Positions 1-12,626 of a DNA stretch of 64,000 nt are shown piece by piece. Positions within the stretch are counted from its first letter, which is position 1; each line of letters opens with the position of its first letter. Position numbers and translations under genes: made by a program. Under the pieces are notes generated by a model, which was not told the DNA's origin, did not search any database, and saw nothing but the letters and a program-made list of their open reading frames with translations. The stretch is from Adineta vaga (taxonomy: Eukaryota > Animalia > Rotifera). The stretch covers positions 12,090,001 through 12,154,000 of the forward strand of contig CP075493.1 of assembly GCA_021613535.1 (NCBI GenBank). Reading direction: 5' to 3'.

Positions 1-3000
1 TCAGGCAACTGTAACTATTGGAGTAATACTTTGACTACACAAACATACTGTACGGATTTTAGCACTAATGTTGATGTTAGTTACGGTGAAAAATATGATA
101 CTCGAACCATACCTATTGGTGTTCAATTCAGTATTGCTTTCTCGTCATGCTGTTGGTTTGTATCTCTTGTTATTGGAGCAGGTAGTCCATGGAATGTTGT
201 CACTCGAATCAATACTATTATTCGACCTGATGGTTATATTAATTCCAGTCCTAGTGCTGCTATTATGCCCCTGATCTATAAACAAGTTAATATCCAACAT
301 ACTCATGTTATTCAAATGGTTGATCCTGATGCAAGTGACATTTTACGATGTCGATGGGCAAGTGTAGCTGGTAATGTTAATAGTTATAATGAATGTGGTG
401 GTGTCTGTTCAGGTATTCCTGGTGCTACTCTTATTACAAATAATTGTACGCTTATATTTACACTTACAAGACCTAGCATTTATGCTGCCGTAGCATTACA
501 AATTGAAGATTATTATAATGAAACATCAAGCATACCAATGAGTTCTGTTCCAGTCCAATTTCTTTTCTATGGTTATACTCCTATTAGTACTTGTATAACT
601 CCACCAAATCTCATTAGTAATCGACCTGATCCTGGTAAGTTAGAATCTGATTGAAAAGATTATTTTTACTAAAGATCATTGATTTTTGTTAGAATGTGTT
701 GATACATCAGTTGGTTCAACCGTGACTGAAAGGTTTACCGTACACGTCTTATGTGCCAATAAAGTAATTGTCGATTTTGTCACAAGTTCTCCTTTAGGGA
801 TGACAAAAAGTGCTATTCGAAGTCCAAGCTTAGGTTAGCATACAAAATATTAATTGTTTAGTTTATATTATAGTTTATTTCAAGGTATCTATGAAATTGA
901 TTTTAATTGGGTTCCAGCTACGAGTCAACGTGGTTCGCAAAGTCTCTGTATTGGAGCTGTCGACAATACCAATATTCAATCCAATCAATTATGTACTACT
1001 TATTTAGTCGACTTTGAAGCACCTAGTTTTATTCGAAATTCAGCTCGACCTGTTGGTACTACGTTTGAAAATCAAACTACTTTTTCGATTCGAAGTCATC
1101 TCGATTCTTAGAATATAATTATGATGTTTTATTAAATTCATATATTTTAGGTACAAAACCAATTTCTCGTCCATCATCTGGAAAGGGTGGTGAAATCCAT
1201 TTCTTTGATGCTACTCTCAATAAACTTGTTGAATCGTTCAAGTCTACTTCGCAATCAGATGTAAAATATTCAGAGTTCGAAATCTTCATCAAGTTCAAAA
1301 AAGCACCATGGATTATTGGCCATTCTTACTACGTCAAACTTGATGCTGGTATATATTAAATTCATTATGTTACAGTTGATTACTGATAAGTATGCTCACG
1401 TTATTTTTCATTTTAGTTGTCGCAATTGCAAGTGGAAGTGCATCTTGTCGTAAGTGATTTCGAAATGAAGAAAAGAAGATAACTTAATTAATAAATTATT
1501 CTAGTCCCTGGAACTACAGCAATCAATGATTCAAAATTTTGGAGGTTCAACATTTGGGATCCATCAGTCACATTAGTAACAACTGAAAGCAGTCATTTAG
1601 TATGTTGATCTTAATGAAATATTCTTCGAATTCCTTTTTTATTACTTTCTAGTCAACAAAATCTAGTCTAGAAAACGTGGACGATACAACTGCAACTACA
1701 GATAGCATGCAAAGTTTACCACCGTCAAGTAATGATGTCTACGAAGTGAAAATCTTCTTTTGAATGTACAAAATTCATTTCATTTAGGTTGTCATAAACG
1801 TGAAATTCAATTCGATCCAGATGGATCATCTTTATCCAAACCAATCAATTTCCTATACAATGAAGATATTCATATTAATTCAAAAGTTATATTGAATTGT
1901 ACATCTCGATTTTCGATTACAATTTTTTGGACAATTATCACGTGTTCACCAACCTGTTCTCAATTAACTCAAATCACATTTTCATTTGAACCATCAAAAA
2001 TGGAACTATTCATTCCCGCTTATTCTCTTCTCAATGGAATTTATGAATTAAAATTTACATTGACCGTTATTGAGATATCAACATGGAGTTTATTATCTTC
2101 TGTCTATATTAAAATCTTCCGGTCAACTATTATCACAAATCTTCTTTCGTTTACTGCAATTAATATTACACATGAATATAAACAGAAGTTAATACTAAAT
2201 CCTGGAAAATATTCTATTGATTTCAGTACCATCGAATTCAATACAAGTGTAAGTTATTTGATCTAAAAACAATAGGAAATTGAATGAAGTTTTTATTGAT
2301 TTTAGAATTGGTATTATACATATTATTGTCGAATTTATTCCAAGTTTAACCATCGACATTATGAATCATTGGACGATTCAAATCATACTAGTTGTTTTTC
2401 AACGAATATCACAAACTTACTAGAATATAATGATTCACTCAAATCTGCTTTAACAATTTTTCCCGAATTTTTAAAGTTAAAAGAAATATATCACTTTATG
2501 GTTCGAATAGTTAATCGTCGAAATTCTTCTCTTCAATCTATTGGATATTTAATCGTTCAAATTGAACATATTCAATCACCAACCATCACAATCAAGTAAA
2601 TTCTTTTCGTTTACATTTTTCTTCTCTAAAACTATATCACATATAGTTGTGTCATTTCAACAATGTGTTCACCCAATTTGTACTTCTATTATGTAAATCC
2701 AAGCACACAATTCGCACTGTTTTCGTTTCCTACAGATAATCATACAGCAATTGAAAACATTCAATGGAATGTCTATAAAGGTTTGATGAATTCATCGAAT
2801 AACATCATGGAATGGACATCAATAGAATCGTCATGGTTTTTGGGTAATAAGTCACTTATTTTATTATGATGACACTCTTTTCTTACATTTAATTTTCTAG
2901 GTGTACATACCGAGAATTTAACAATTTTGAAAGATTTTTTTAATGAAAATGTTCAAATTACTCAATGGCGTTTTGAAGTTATTTATATTTTTCAAAATGA

Positions 3001-5460
3001 AAGTTGTCAAACAACATTTGATATTGAAATTAACGAAGCACCAAAGAATGGATTCTGTTCAATTCATCCTCAAAATGGGACGACAATGACTGTCTTCACA
3101 ATCAATTGTGTCAATTGGTTTGATCGAGATGAAATTAGAGATATGACCATTTATAGTTCGTGAATTCTCACTTTTCTTTTCTAGTATAATTTATATTCAT
3201 TGCTTTTGAAAAGGTCAGAAAAATGATTCATCAAAATTACTTATGCTTGCTCAAACAATTGAATTATCCATTCAACTTCGATTACCGATTGGTCTCAATC
3301 AACAAATTCTTGTTCACATTCAAGATACATTCAGTTGTATTACAGAATACACTCTTTCGTCAATTTCTGTTTTGTCTGACATGGATGTACCGATGAATAT
3401 GTCCAATCCATTAATTCAATTGCTCTCTAATACTGATAATCAAAATACTATTATACAAATTATAACATCTCTATCGGAAACATTGAATGAAATGAATGAC
3501 GATATTATTCGAAAGGCTGATTTAGGTGAGCATCTTTTAACCTTACTAAAGTTATTTGATAATAAAAATGATAAATTCTTTGTAAAGATGACGTTTCATT
3601 GACAAATATTTCTGTCACACCTTTATATCATACAGAAACAAACAATACGGTTTGTATAAATTTCGTAGAAACTATGTTTATTAAGTTAAATGAATCTATA
3701 GATTATGAATATATCCAGAGAATCAATCTTTACTGAACTGAATAAACATGCAACGATACGTAAATATTTGATGATATTTATCGAGAATCAATCGATGACA
3801 ACAGTAAATGATGTTCAATTTCAAGCATCAATTCTTTCAAGTTTAACTCAAACCACCAATGAATTATCAAGAAAAGCTTTGGTAAATAAACTTTTCTTCT
3901 TCTTTCTCTATTCGTTTTCGTAGCTTGTGGCATCAACAAAATGTCAACAACTTGCTCATCATTTAAGAACAATATCAACACAACTTTCATTCGAAAATGT
4001 TCAATTTACAGCTACACATATTGCTGAATGTGCCATAAATGTTGTGACGGTATGTTTTACAAAGGAAATTTCATGATCTAAATATAATTCAGTATTTTAC
4101 CTTTTTAGAGTATCAATGCACCATTACAATCACGTGCAAATGTTCTTGATTTAGATATGATTGATATTGGAGAAATATTAGATCATTGTCGAATTAAAGA
4201 CAATTGCGATTGGATTAATCCAATAAATAGTTCGTCATATACGCAGGATCTATTGCACCAAGAAAATCTTCTATATCAAAAGCAAATCGTAAGAAAATTT
4301 TCTCTTATGAATGAAAATACTCGATTATTTATTTCTAGGCAAATACAATATCTAAATCACTAGTTGACATCATTTCATTACTAACTACATCAATCAATGT
4401 ACATTTAAACATTAATCAAAGTATTCAAATCAATACCGGTGCTGTATATTTATCGTTAGAAAAACTATTCGCATCATCTGTATCCGAACGATTAAACAAT
4501 CAAAGTAATATTCGGTTTCCATCTAATTTGATCAATTCTAATAAATCTGTTCTTATTCGAGTAAATTTTTTATTTTCTAATACATAAATAAAAATAAATA
4601 ATATATTTTAGAAAGTAATACAACCTCTTGCATCTGCAGATGACTTTCGTTCTTTATCAAATACAAATCTCTCTCGAGCATTTTCTCTTTCAATTATCAA
4701 TCAAAATGGAAGTGATTTGAAGATTCTAACAAATGTTAATGATTCTATTGAATTTTTTATTCCACGAGATCCCAATATGAAAATTCCGTCAAAATTTTTA
4801 CAAAATGTTTTAATCAATCGTAAAAGAAAGTTAGTATTTAATTATCATTTGATTCATTTTACACAACTAAATTCGAATCTATCATACTCAATTCATTTTG
4901 AAATGTATCCATTGAATTCAAATCTTTCTTATTTATTAATTTATAAATTTAATGATCGACCACATTTGGATGCATTCGATGGCTTGAAATTCTTTTGTCC
5001 TCAAGGTAAAATAATGTTTCTGTGGCATAAATATTCATCTTTGTTCATGTTTAGATTTGAATCAAAATGAATTTCATATGCATTTTATTGATAATACGAA
5101 AACATCAGGTCATTATTCGATTATTTATGGAATACGAGAATTAACTGTCACAGAAACGAATGAATTTTGTTTCAATGACACTTTTATTAGTGAACGTTTA
5201 TCGATTATCAATATACCGATGACATTTTCAGCAAATTACGAACTACTTGTCTATCAATCAGCTTGCTGTTATCTCGATAAGAATCACAACTGGCAATCAG
5301 ATGGATTAATTGTAAGAATAGAAAGTCATTTATTTTATCACAAGTATCTTTCTTTTTTTGATTATAGGTTGGCCCACTAACAAATCACTATGAAACACAA
5401 TGTTTATCAACTCATTTATCAATCGATTCTGATCAGTTGGGCGTTACACCAAAGAATTAA
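1..5460 (+). CDS. Polycystin-1/REJ-like extracellular protein (Cys/Ig-like N-terminal region, REJ module, GAIN/GPS); 5' end outside window; ~20 exons; no TM region
   Basis: ORF fragments join in frame through ~19 short GT-AG introns (e.g. 635-692, 5312-5367). REJ-like INEAPKNGFCSIHPQNGTTMTVFTINCVNWFDRD. GPS motif CCYLDKNHNWQSDGLI|VGPLTNHYETQCLSTHLS, then IDSDQLGVTPKN and TAA at 5458-5460. Confidence 0.8.
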
Positions 5461-5723
5461 CTTCTTTTATATTTGTGCTTAACACACTCATAAATATATC
5501 TTTTTTGTGATAGTCTAAAAGTAAATAATTCATATTCATATGCACAACTTGTTTTCTGACTTTACTTATGAAGCAGAAGGTGAGAAGTATACCTTTGGGC
5601 ACTATATTGCACTATTTGTGATGACAATCAAAATGATATATGTGAAAACGAAAACATTGAATTTAATATTTTCTTCATAGGAAATATATAAATATACGAT
5701 TGAAATGCATAACAGAACAGTAT

Positions 5724-7262
5724 ATGAATTCAGTCATGTCAATTTCGGATGATATTGATAAAAATATAGAAACAGAAATGCAGAAAAGTGACGATAATGA
5801 TGATCCTGATGATCGAAAACTTCTTCGTAAACTTGATCTTCATCTTATTCCTGGTATGACATTACTCTATTTACTTAATTATCTCGATCGAGTAAATATT
5901 GGACAAGCGAAATTGAATGGTATTACAACGTCATTGAATCTTTCGAGTGCACAATATAACACGTGTTTAAGTGTCGTCTATGTAACATATGTTGCTTTTG
6001 AAGTTCCATCAAATTTAATTCTGAAAAAACTTCGACCAAGTCGATGGATACCACTGATTATGGTGACGTGGGGTATTGTTACAACTTTGACTGGTCTTGT
6101 GAATTCGTATTATAGTCTTCTCGCTTGTCGACTTCTATTAGGTGCTCCAGAAGCAGGATTATTTCCTGGTGCAACATATTATCTATCGAGTTGGTATAAG
6201 CGACGTGAACTTTCATGGCGTGTTAGTATTCTTTTTTCGGCTGCTACATTAGCTGGAACATTTGGAGGTATACTTGCTTATGGAATTAATCATATGAATG
6301 GTTTAGGTGGTCAGGAAGGTTGGCGATGGATATTTTATATTGAAGGAATAATGACAGTGATTGTCGGAATACTGGCATTTTTCTTTATAAGTGATTTTCC
6401 ATCGAATCGACCAAAATTTCTTACTGAATCAGAATGTAATCGTGTTATTGCTCGTCTTCGAACAGATGCTGGACCTGGTGGTAGTGAACATTTTAGTTGG
6501 AAACAAGTTATTGCAGCGTTTACAGACTGGAAATTATATATTTGGTCATTGAATTATATGGGCATTCTTGTTCCACTTCTTTCCTTATCTTTATTCTTAC
6601 CAACTATAGTGCAAAATTTAGGTTTCATTAGTTATAAAGCTCAATTACTTACTGCTCCACCATATGCATTTGCTTTTCTTACGACTGTAACAACAGCTTA
6701 TTTTTCTGATAAATATGCTCGACGTGGTATATTTATTCTCTTCTGGATAATAATAACTATGATTGGTTATATCATTCTTCTTGTTGTCAATGATTTAGGT
6801 GCAAAATATTTTGCTGTCTTCTTAACAGCCGGCGGTATTCCACCATGTGTAGCAACATGTATAACTTTTATTTCAGGTAATATTAGTCCTCAAACAAAAC
6901 GGGCGACATCTCTTGCATTTATGATATCTATTGGTAATTGTGGAGGAATTATTAGTGGTCAAATCTATCGAACTCAAGATGCACCTCGATTTATTCTAGG
7001 TCATGCTATTAATCTTGGTTTTTGTGTATTAGCAATTATTTGTACTTGCATTTTGATGATTGGTCTTAGATTAGAAAATCGACGTCGTGATAAATTGTAT
7101 GGTTCAGTTGAGAATAGTGTTAAGACAAATGCAAGCACAACAGTCGATATTTTTGGATTGGGTAGCGTAGAAGATAGACGACGTTGGGGTTATGAAAATA
7201 TGTCTGAAGAACAAATTCGAGATTTAGGTGATAAACATGTTGCTTGGCGTTATATTATATAA
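5724..7262 (+). CDS. MFS transporter, anion:cation symporter (fungal Dal5/Tna1-like allantoate/nicotinate permease) family, intronless
   Basis: Motifs LLRKLDLHLIP, YLDRVNIGQA, FEVPSN, RLLLGAPEAGLFPG, GWRWIFYIEG, AQLLTAPPY and ~12 hydrophobic segments. First ATG at 5724 (the track starts at TTG 5700). Confidence 0.9.
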   Translation: MNSVMSISDDIDKNIETEMQKSDDNDDPDDRKLLRKLDLHLIPGMTLLYLLNYLDRVNIGQAKLNGITTSLNLSSAQYNTCLSVVYVTYVAFEVPSNLILKKLRPSRWIPLIMVTWGIVTTLTGLVNSYYSLLACRLLLGAPEAGLFPGATYYLSSWYKRRELSWRVSILFSAATLAGTFGGILAYGINHMNGLGGQEGWRWIFYIEGIMTVIVGILAFFFISDFPSNRPKFLTESECNRVIARLRTDAGPGGSEHFSWKQVIAAFTDWKLYIWSLNYMGILVPLLSLSLFLPTIVQNLGFISYKAQLLTAPPYAFAFLTTVTTAYFSDKYARRGIFILFWIIITMIGYIILLVVNDLGAKYFAVFLTAGGIPPCVATCITFISGNISPQTKRATSLAFMISIGNCGGIISGQIYRTQDAPRFILGHAINLGFCVLAIICTCILMIGLRLENRRRDKLYGSVENSVKTNASTTVDIFGLGSVEDRRRWGYENMSEEQIRDLGDKHVAWRYII

Positions 7263-7464
7263 ATTATTTTGCTTTTATATCTCTTTATGCTCAAAAATAA
7301 ATTTCTTGAGAAAGTCATATAAGTTGCAGAAAAGAATCAATTTGTTCTCTTTTGAATTAGATGTAGAAGGGCGTGATTAACTGATCTTGTCGGCATTATC
7401 AAATGGTATAAAAAGAAACGGATCAGTTTTGTTCCAATATTTATTGAAAATATAACAAAGTATT

Positions 7465-8888
7465 CTATGGAATAGCTTCATATTTCGTATTATTGATAAT
7501 ATTATTCTCTTGTTGATTTAAATTCTCCTCAATATTTTGCTTTCGTTCATCTTCATCACGTCGTTTATAAGTAAATCGTGCACATGATATCATGATAATA
7601 CAAATACCACATATAATCAATACTAATAAATTAACTAATTCACCACGATCAGGCGCAATAAATAGTAGAATAAGACCAATAATATTACTCCATTGAACAA
7701 GAATTGCTGCTGATAAAGATTCTGGAAGTGGAAACATAATTTCAGCAAGTGCTTCGTAGAATAAAGGTAATCCAGCACCTTGAAACAACCGGCCAGTCCT
7801 ACAGATAAACCTATGGTGAGTGTAGTGGATACGATAATTGGTTTCTTATAGAAAAATGTATGAACCATCAACAAAAACCATACGACTGATAAGAAACAGA
7901 ATATACATGAAGTATTAATAAGAAATTTGAATGAACGTCGAAATGGACGTGTATCAGCTATAGCAGCAAAAATCAAACCACCAAGATTTCCAGCTACAGA
8001 TGAACCAAAACTAAACCATCCTGCTTGTAATTCTGTATAATTTTCAGGTTTAAGAATAACATCATAGAGACTAACCCATCCATTAAATAGTCCACTTAAT
8101 AAACCACCGACATTACAAATTAATAAAAACGATGGATTTTTCAAACATTGCCAAATATCTTTTATATAACTTTTCCATGAATCATTTCGCTCATTTGTTG
8201 AATGAACAAGAAGTACTTCAGCTGCTGGTGATGGTACTGATTTTGGTTGAGCAGGAAAATATAATAGAGTTAGAACACAAACAACAAAAGCTAAACCTAA
8301 ATGAAGATATAACAAACGAGGAATACATTCTGGTGCATATACAATTGCAGGACCAATTATAAATCCAATTGTGCCACCAAAATTATTCGCAACAATAGCA
8401 ATCGTCGTTGCACGTGTTCGTTCATTTAAACCAAACCATATACATGAAAGTTGAGAAACAGGTGCCATGATCAATGGACCACACGCAGCATTTAAAATCT
8501 GTCCAGCATGTAGAAATGGCATTGCAATAGCATGAAAATGTGGACTTGTTGATGATGTAATCACTTCTGGTATAACACGTACAAGAGCAGAAGAAAAACC
8601 AAGAATAGCAGCTAAACGAACACAATGTTGAAGACCATTACGTTTATTTAATAAGATATAAGTTAGAGGTAAACATGGAAGAAATATAATTGATCCCCAA
8701 TTAAAAAGAAGATCAATAGTTGTGTCAGTCATTTGATAATATGTTTCTGCATTCCTTGCAATCGGAGAAAATGTTAACCAAAATAGATTTTGATTAAATG
8801 AAAGTAATGAGAAAACAAAGAGAACATAGAATCGTTGAGAATATAAACGATAAGTTCTTGAAGAAGACGTAGTTTCAGTATCAGACAT
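7465..8888 (-). CDS. MFS transporter, SLC49 (FLVCR/DIRC2-like) family; one -1 frameshift near 7787
   Basis: YSQRFYVLFVFSL..WLTFSPI, GQILNAACGP, WFGLNERTRATTIA, then C-terminal PLFYEALAEIMFPLPE in another frame. GCC GGT TG TTT CAA GGT needs one extra T to read AGLFQG and join the two ORFs. Confidence 0.85.
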
Positions 8889-9264
8889 AACTTGAATAAT
8901 AACGAATGATATTTATGCAAATGCAACAGTGATATCAAATGGTAATCTTTGAAACCGTAGATAGATCATTTGACTAGATAAAAGGTGAAATAAATTGATA
9001 ATGTTAGAATACAGGTTAAAAAGTAGTGACGTATTTCTACTTGTTTTTTATCAAGAAGAAAAGACCTTCTACTAAATAATATCTGATAAAAGAAAAACAT
9101 TTCACACTAGAAAAGAACAAGTCATATTCGAGGGTTTAAATCATAATAAAATACAGTTTGTTGATATTATTCGAAAAGATACGCATACAAAAGATTTAGA
9201 AAAGACAAATTCTTTGCTAATTTAGATTGAGAACTTTATTTTCAAAGTAACAAATTTTGTTTAT

Positions 9265-9953
9265 TCAAAAATGAAAGAATGATGAAAAAATAAAAGTGAT
9301 TGTTACTAATAAAACCGAAGCGATGTCCTTGGTTCCTGCAGCAATACGTCGTGCATTAGCATCTGTTACACCATTCTCGTATAGAATATTCGTAACTTGA
9401 TTGATTGTTTCATCATTATTACACAGATCTTTATTACATCCAATATTGAGAGCCGGAGATACATCACCATCGAAAAGAAAGACACGTGGTTGAATGGTTA
9501 AACTTCCATCACAACCGCGTGAAGTTACTTTCTTATTTTTTGTGTCGAATCTCAAAGAGCAACTTTCATTTGAATAACATGTTATTATATTATTTTGTGC
9601 ATCATAACATTGAATCGATCCATTTCTTAAAGGATTTTCAATATATTTTGCAAGTGCTCCATAGATACGTGTAGCATTGTAATTTCGTGAAACCATTTCA
9701 TTGATTCTGTTCTGTGCATAGGTCATCATCATATCCCAAATTTAGTGAATCCAACTGAATAGGATTGTCGATCATACTGAAAATTCATGATAGTAGAGCA
9801 TGAAGATGATGTACTACGTTCTTGATTGATTGACAAAAAAAAAAAAAATTGTGTACCAAATGAATTACTGATTGAACAATAATCTATACATTGAAGAGCA
9901 TTTCCAGCGTGCTAGAAAAAAGCAGAAATAACGAATAGAAACAATAAAATCAT
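9265..9953 (-). pseudogene. Disrupted secreted/GPI-anchored Cys-rich surface protein (Ly6/quiver-like termini)
   Basis: Signal-like MILLFLFVISAFF*HAGNALQCIDYC carries an in-frame TAG. The frame also breaks at the A13 run (9836-9848) and near 9730. The intact 3' part ends in GCNKDLCN plus a hydrophobic GPI-like tail. Confidence 0.55.
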
Positions 9954-10421
9954 GTCGGCACTAATTCTACATAGGCAAAAAACACGACTCATTTTCTCAT
10001 TTTTTTCTTCACAAGTTTTAAGCAAACTATTGCATACCTCATATCTTTTTCACAATGTCAATATTTTTTTTCTCATTTCACGTCAAACCATTATTCATCT
10101 CTTTACTTCTTTCGTAACGTGATATCGCGAAGAATAGTAAAACAAGAGCATTAGTCATCAAAACAAGCCTCCGTAGTAATAAATGTTATTAACGATGGAA
10201 TACATTCAGATATTCAAATTATTTGAGGATATGAAACAATAGTAGAGAAATTACATTCCTGTTTTTATTTCTAATGAACCACATAAGAAAATATAACACA
10301 TAGAACATTGGAATTTATAGTTTAAATGCAGAGATAGTTTCCTTTTTTCATTCAGTCTGATTTATAAATGAGATTGTTTTACTCTCATCGGATCGACTAC
10401 AGTTCTGTACCCAAAGTGAAT

Positions 10422-10545
10422 TGAGGGTGTGGGTGTGGGTGGGTGGGTGAAGGTGAGGTTTGTGTGTGGATGCGTGAGTATGTGGGTGTGAATGGATGTG
10501 AGTGAGGGTGAGAGGGTATGTATAAGAGAAAACACCCACACCCTG
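10422..10545. repeat. Degenerate telomere-like (TGTGGG/TGAGGG) tract bounded by 13-bp inverted repeats; MITE/hAT-end-like
   Basis: TGAGGG TGTGGG TGTGGG at 10422-10439, TGTGGG at 10481 and TGAGGG at 10503. AGGGTGTGGGTGT (10424-10436) is the exact reverse complement of ACACCCACACCCT (10532-10544). Confidence 0.7.
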
Positions 10546-10801
10546 CTTAAATTCTTTTGAATATTGTGAGAAAAAAATCCATAAATTATGGAACCTTCTA
10601 CTCGTCAATATCTATTGTTGACACAAATTTTATTTCTCTGATAGTTTTTATATTATTGAAAAATTGCATATATATCTTTGTTAGTTCAAAATAAGACTGA
10701 CTCATCAAATTTTATTTGTTTAACAACATATAGTTAACTAAAGATTTAACGTGTACAAACTGATATGCATGAAATAAAAGCCGTCGTTCTCGTTGGTTGA
10801 T

Positions 10802-11707
10802 TCATTCATTATAAATCATTTTTTTGGTCATGCCACCATCAACGACAAAGTTCTACAACGGAATAAAAGTAAAAGGATATATTTATAAGGAATCAATTGA
10901 AGAGAACATTTGAGTAGATTACCTGTCCGGTGATAAATCCATTAACATCGTCTACTAGAAATTCTACCATTTTTGTAATATCTTCGGGTACACCAGCACG
11001 ACCAGCTGGATGTTGTGAATGATCTGAATCTGTTAAAAGAGGTGGACTAGTTGCTTTACCATGTTGAATCAACTGTTTTGTATCCATATCACGGACATCA
11101 ATCCAGCCAGGTGAAATTGCATTAACCCTGACACTAGAACCTGCAAAACTAACTGCCATTGCTTGTGTAAGTCCAATGAGTCCAGCTTTACTTGAAGAAT
11201 AACCTTCGTTATTGGCTTCAGACTGAAGAGCACGAGTAGATGAGATATTAATTATGCAACCTTTTGATGCACGAAGATGTGGAGCAGCATAATAGGAACA
11301 GATGTAAGGACCAGTAAGATTTGTCTCTAAGAATTGACGAAAATTTGAGATAGGTGCACTATCAAATGGTATATCAGGATTATCTTTGCACCAATCCATG
11401 GACTTGCGAGAGCAGCATTGTTAATGAGAGCATCTAAACCGGAAAATTTTTCGATAGAAGCAGCAATACATAAAGATATAGATGATTCATCGGTAACATC
11501 ACATTTATGAAACAGAGCGTGACTTTGAGTTGAACGACCAGAGTCAACTGGAAATACCAAAACATCATTGGCAAGTAAATGTTCGAGTAAATTGAGTGAT
11601 GTCGTATCATTATCTGCTAATGTTACATAGAAACCACGTGAAAGAAACTTTGTTGCCATATGTCGACCGAGACCATTTGCAGCACCTGTAATAAGAATTC
11701 GTTTCAT
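10802..11707 (-). CDS. Classical short-chain dehydrogenase/reductase, microbial type; one intron (10853-10922), one -1 frameshift near 11386
   Basis: TGAANGLG, LINNAA, INISSTRALQSE, YSSSK, VRVNAISPGWID, HSQHPAGRAG. Spliced C-terminus FITGQ|NFVVDGGMTKKMIYNE*. GCA AA GAT lacks one A of an A-run. Confidence 0.88.
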
Positions 11708-12626
11708 TCTTGAGCGATATAATCTGAAACAAAGAAATTGAAAGGCAATACCCCTTGAATATCCTTATGAGACGAAATGATGAATAATGATAAGAAAAAT
11801 CAATTGACTATAGATGTTCTAAGCAATCATACATCATCTACATTTCCAGAGATATATCGTGAAGGAACTAAGTTTCCTATCAGAATTCAGATAGATCAAC
11901 TGATATTATTTTATATATGAAGAACAAGAAATACAATGAATGAATAATAACGAAAAGGGGATTGGATAAAGAGAGAACAAGTGAAGGATATTATCGATCT
12001 GCAGATGTCGATAAAATGCATATTATTGCAATGTGTAAAGATTTGAACTAATATTAGTTTAGAACTAAAATCAGCTAAAATAAAATTTTACATTTCATTT
12101 TTCAATTCAAAAATATTTGAAATACAATTTTCTACGATACAAGACAGTGAAATAGAGGACGTTTAGTCGCTCAAATTAGAAGCAATATTACCAGTTGCAC
12201 ATTAAAGAAATATAAGACGTAGATGTGTATCATTTTAGTATAAAAGATATTTCTTCATACGGCTTCATCATATTCTTTTGAGAAGACATTTTTTCTTTCG
12301 AGATCAATAACAGCATATTCGTACGTATTTATCTTTTCTATGTATCGTTTTCGTCCAATTGTCCACGACTCGAAAAGCCGAGTGTATCCAATGTATATTG
12401 TACTCAAATTGCTCGAGCTTCCCTTCCAAGAGCAAGTGATTTGGCAATCATTACATATATTCCATTCACGATGTTTTTTCTATTCAGTCTGTGCTTAAAT
12501 CACTAAATACTTTTTTTCGTGCATATTACCTTCACACTCTGATCATTCTGTTATATTTTTTTGTTCGCATCCCACGTGCGTCGCTTTGAGAAAGACGTAA
12601 AAATACGAAGAAAAACAAATAACAAT

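Noticed and set aside
7780-7795. Programmed ribosomal frameshifting to explain split ORFs (also SDR, PLC, GPCR copy 1)
   Set aside because: No slippery heptamer or downstream structure; the indels are scattered and better explained by errors or mutations.
10348-10608. 86-aa His/Thr/Pro-rich ORF
   Set aside because: It is simply the translation of the CA-rich strand of the telomere-like repeat.
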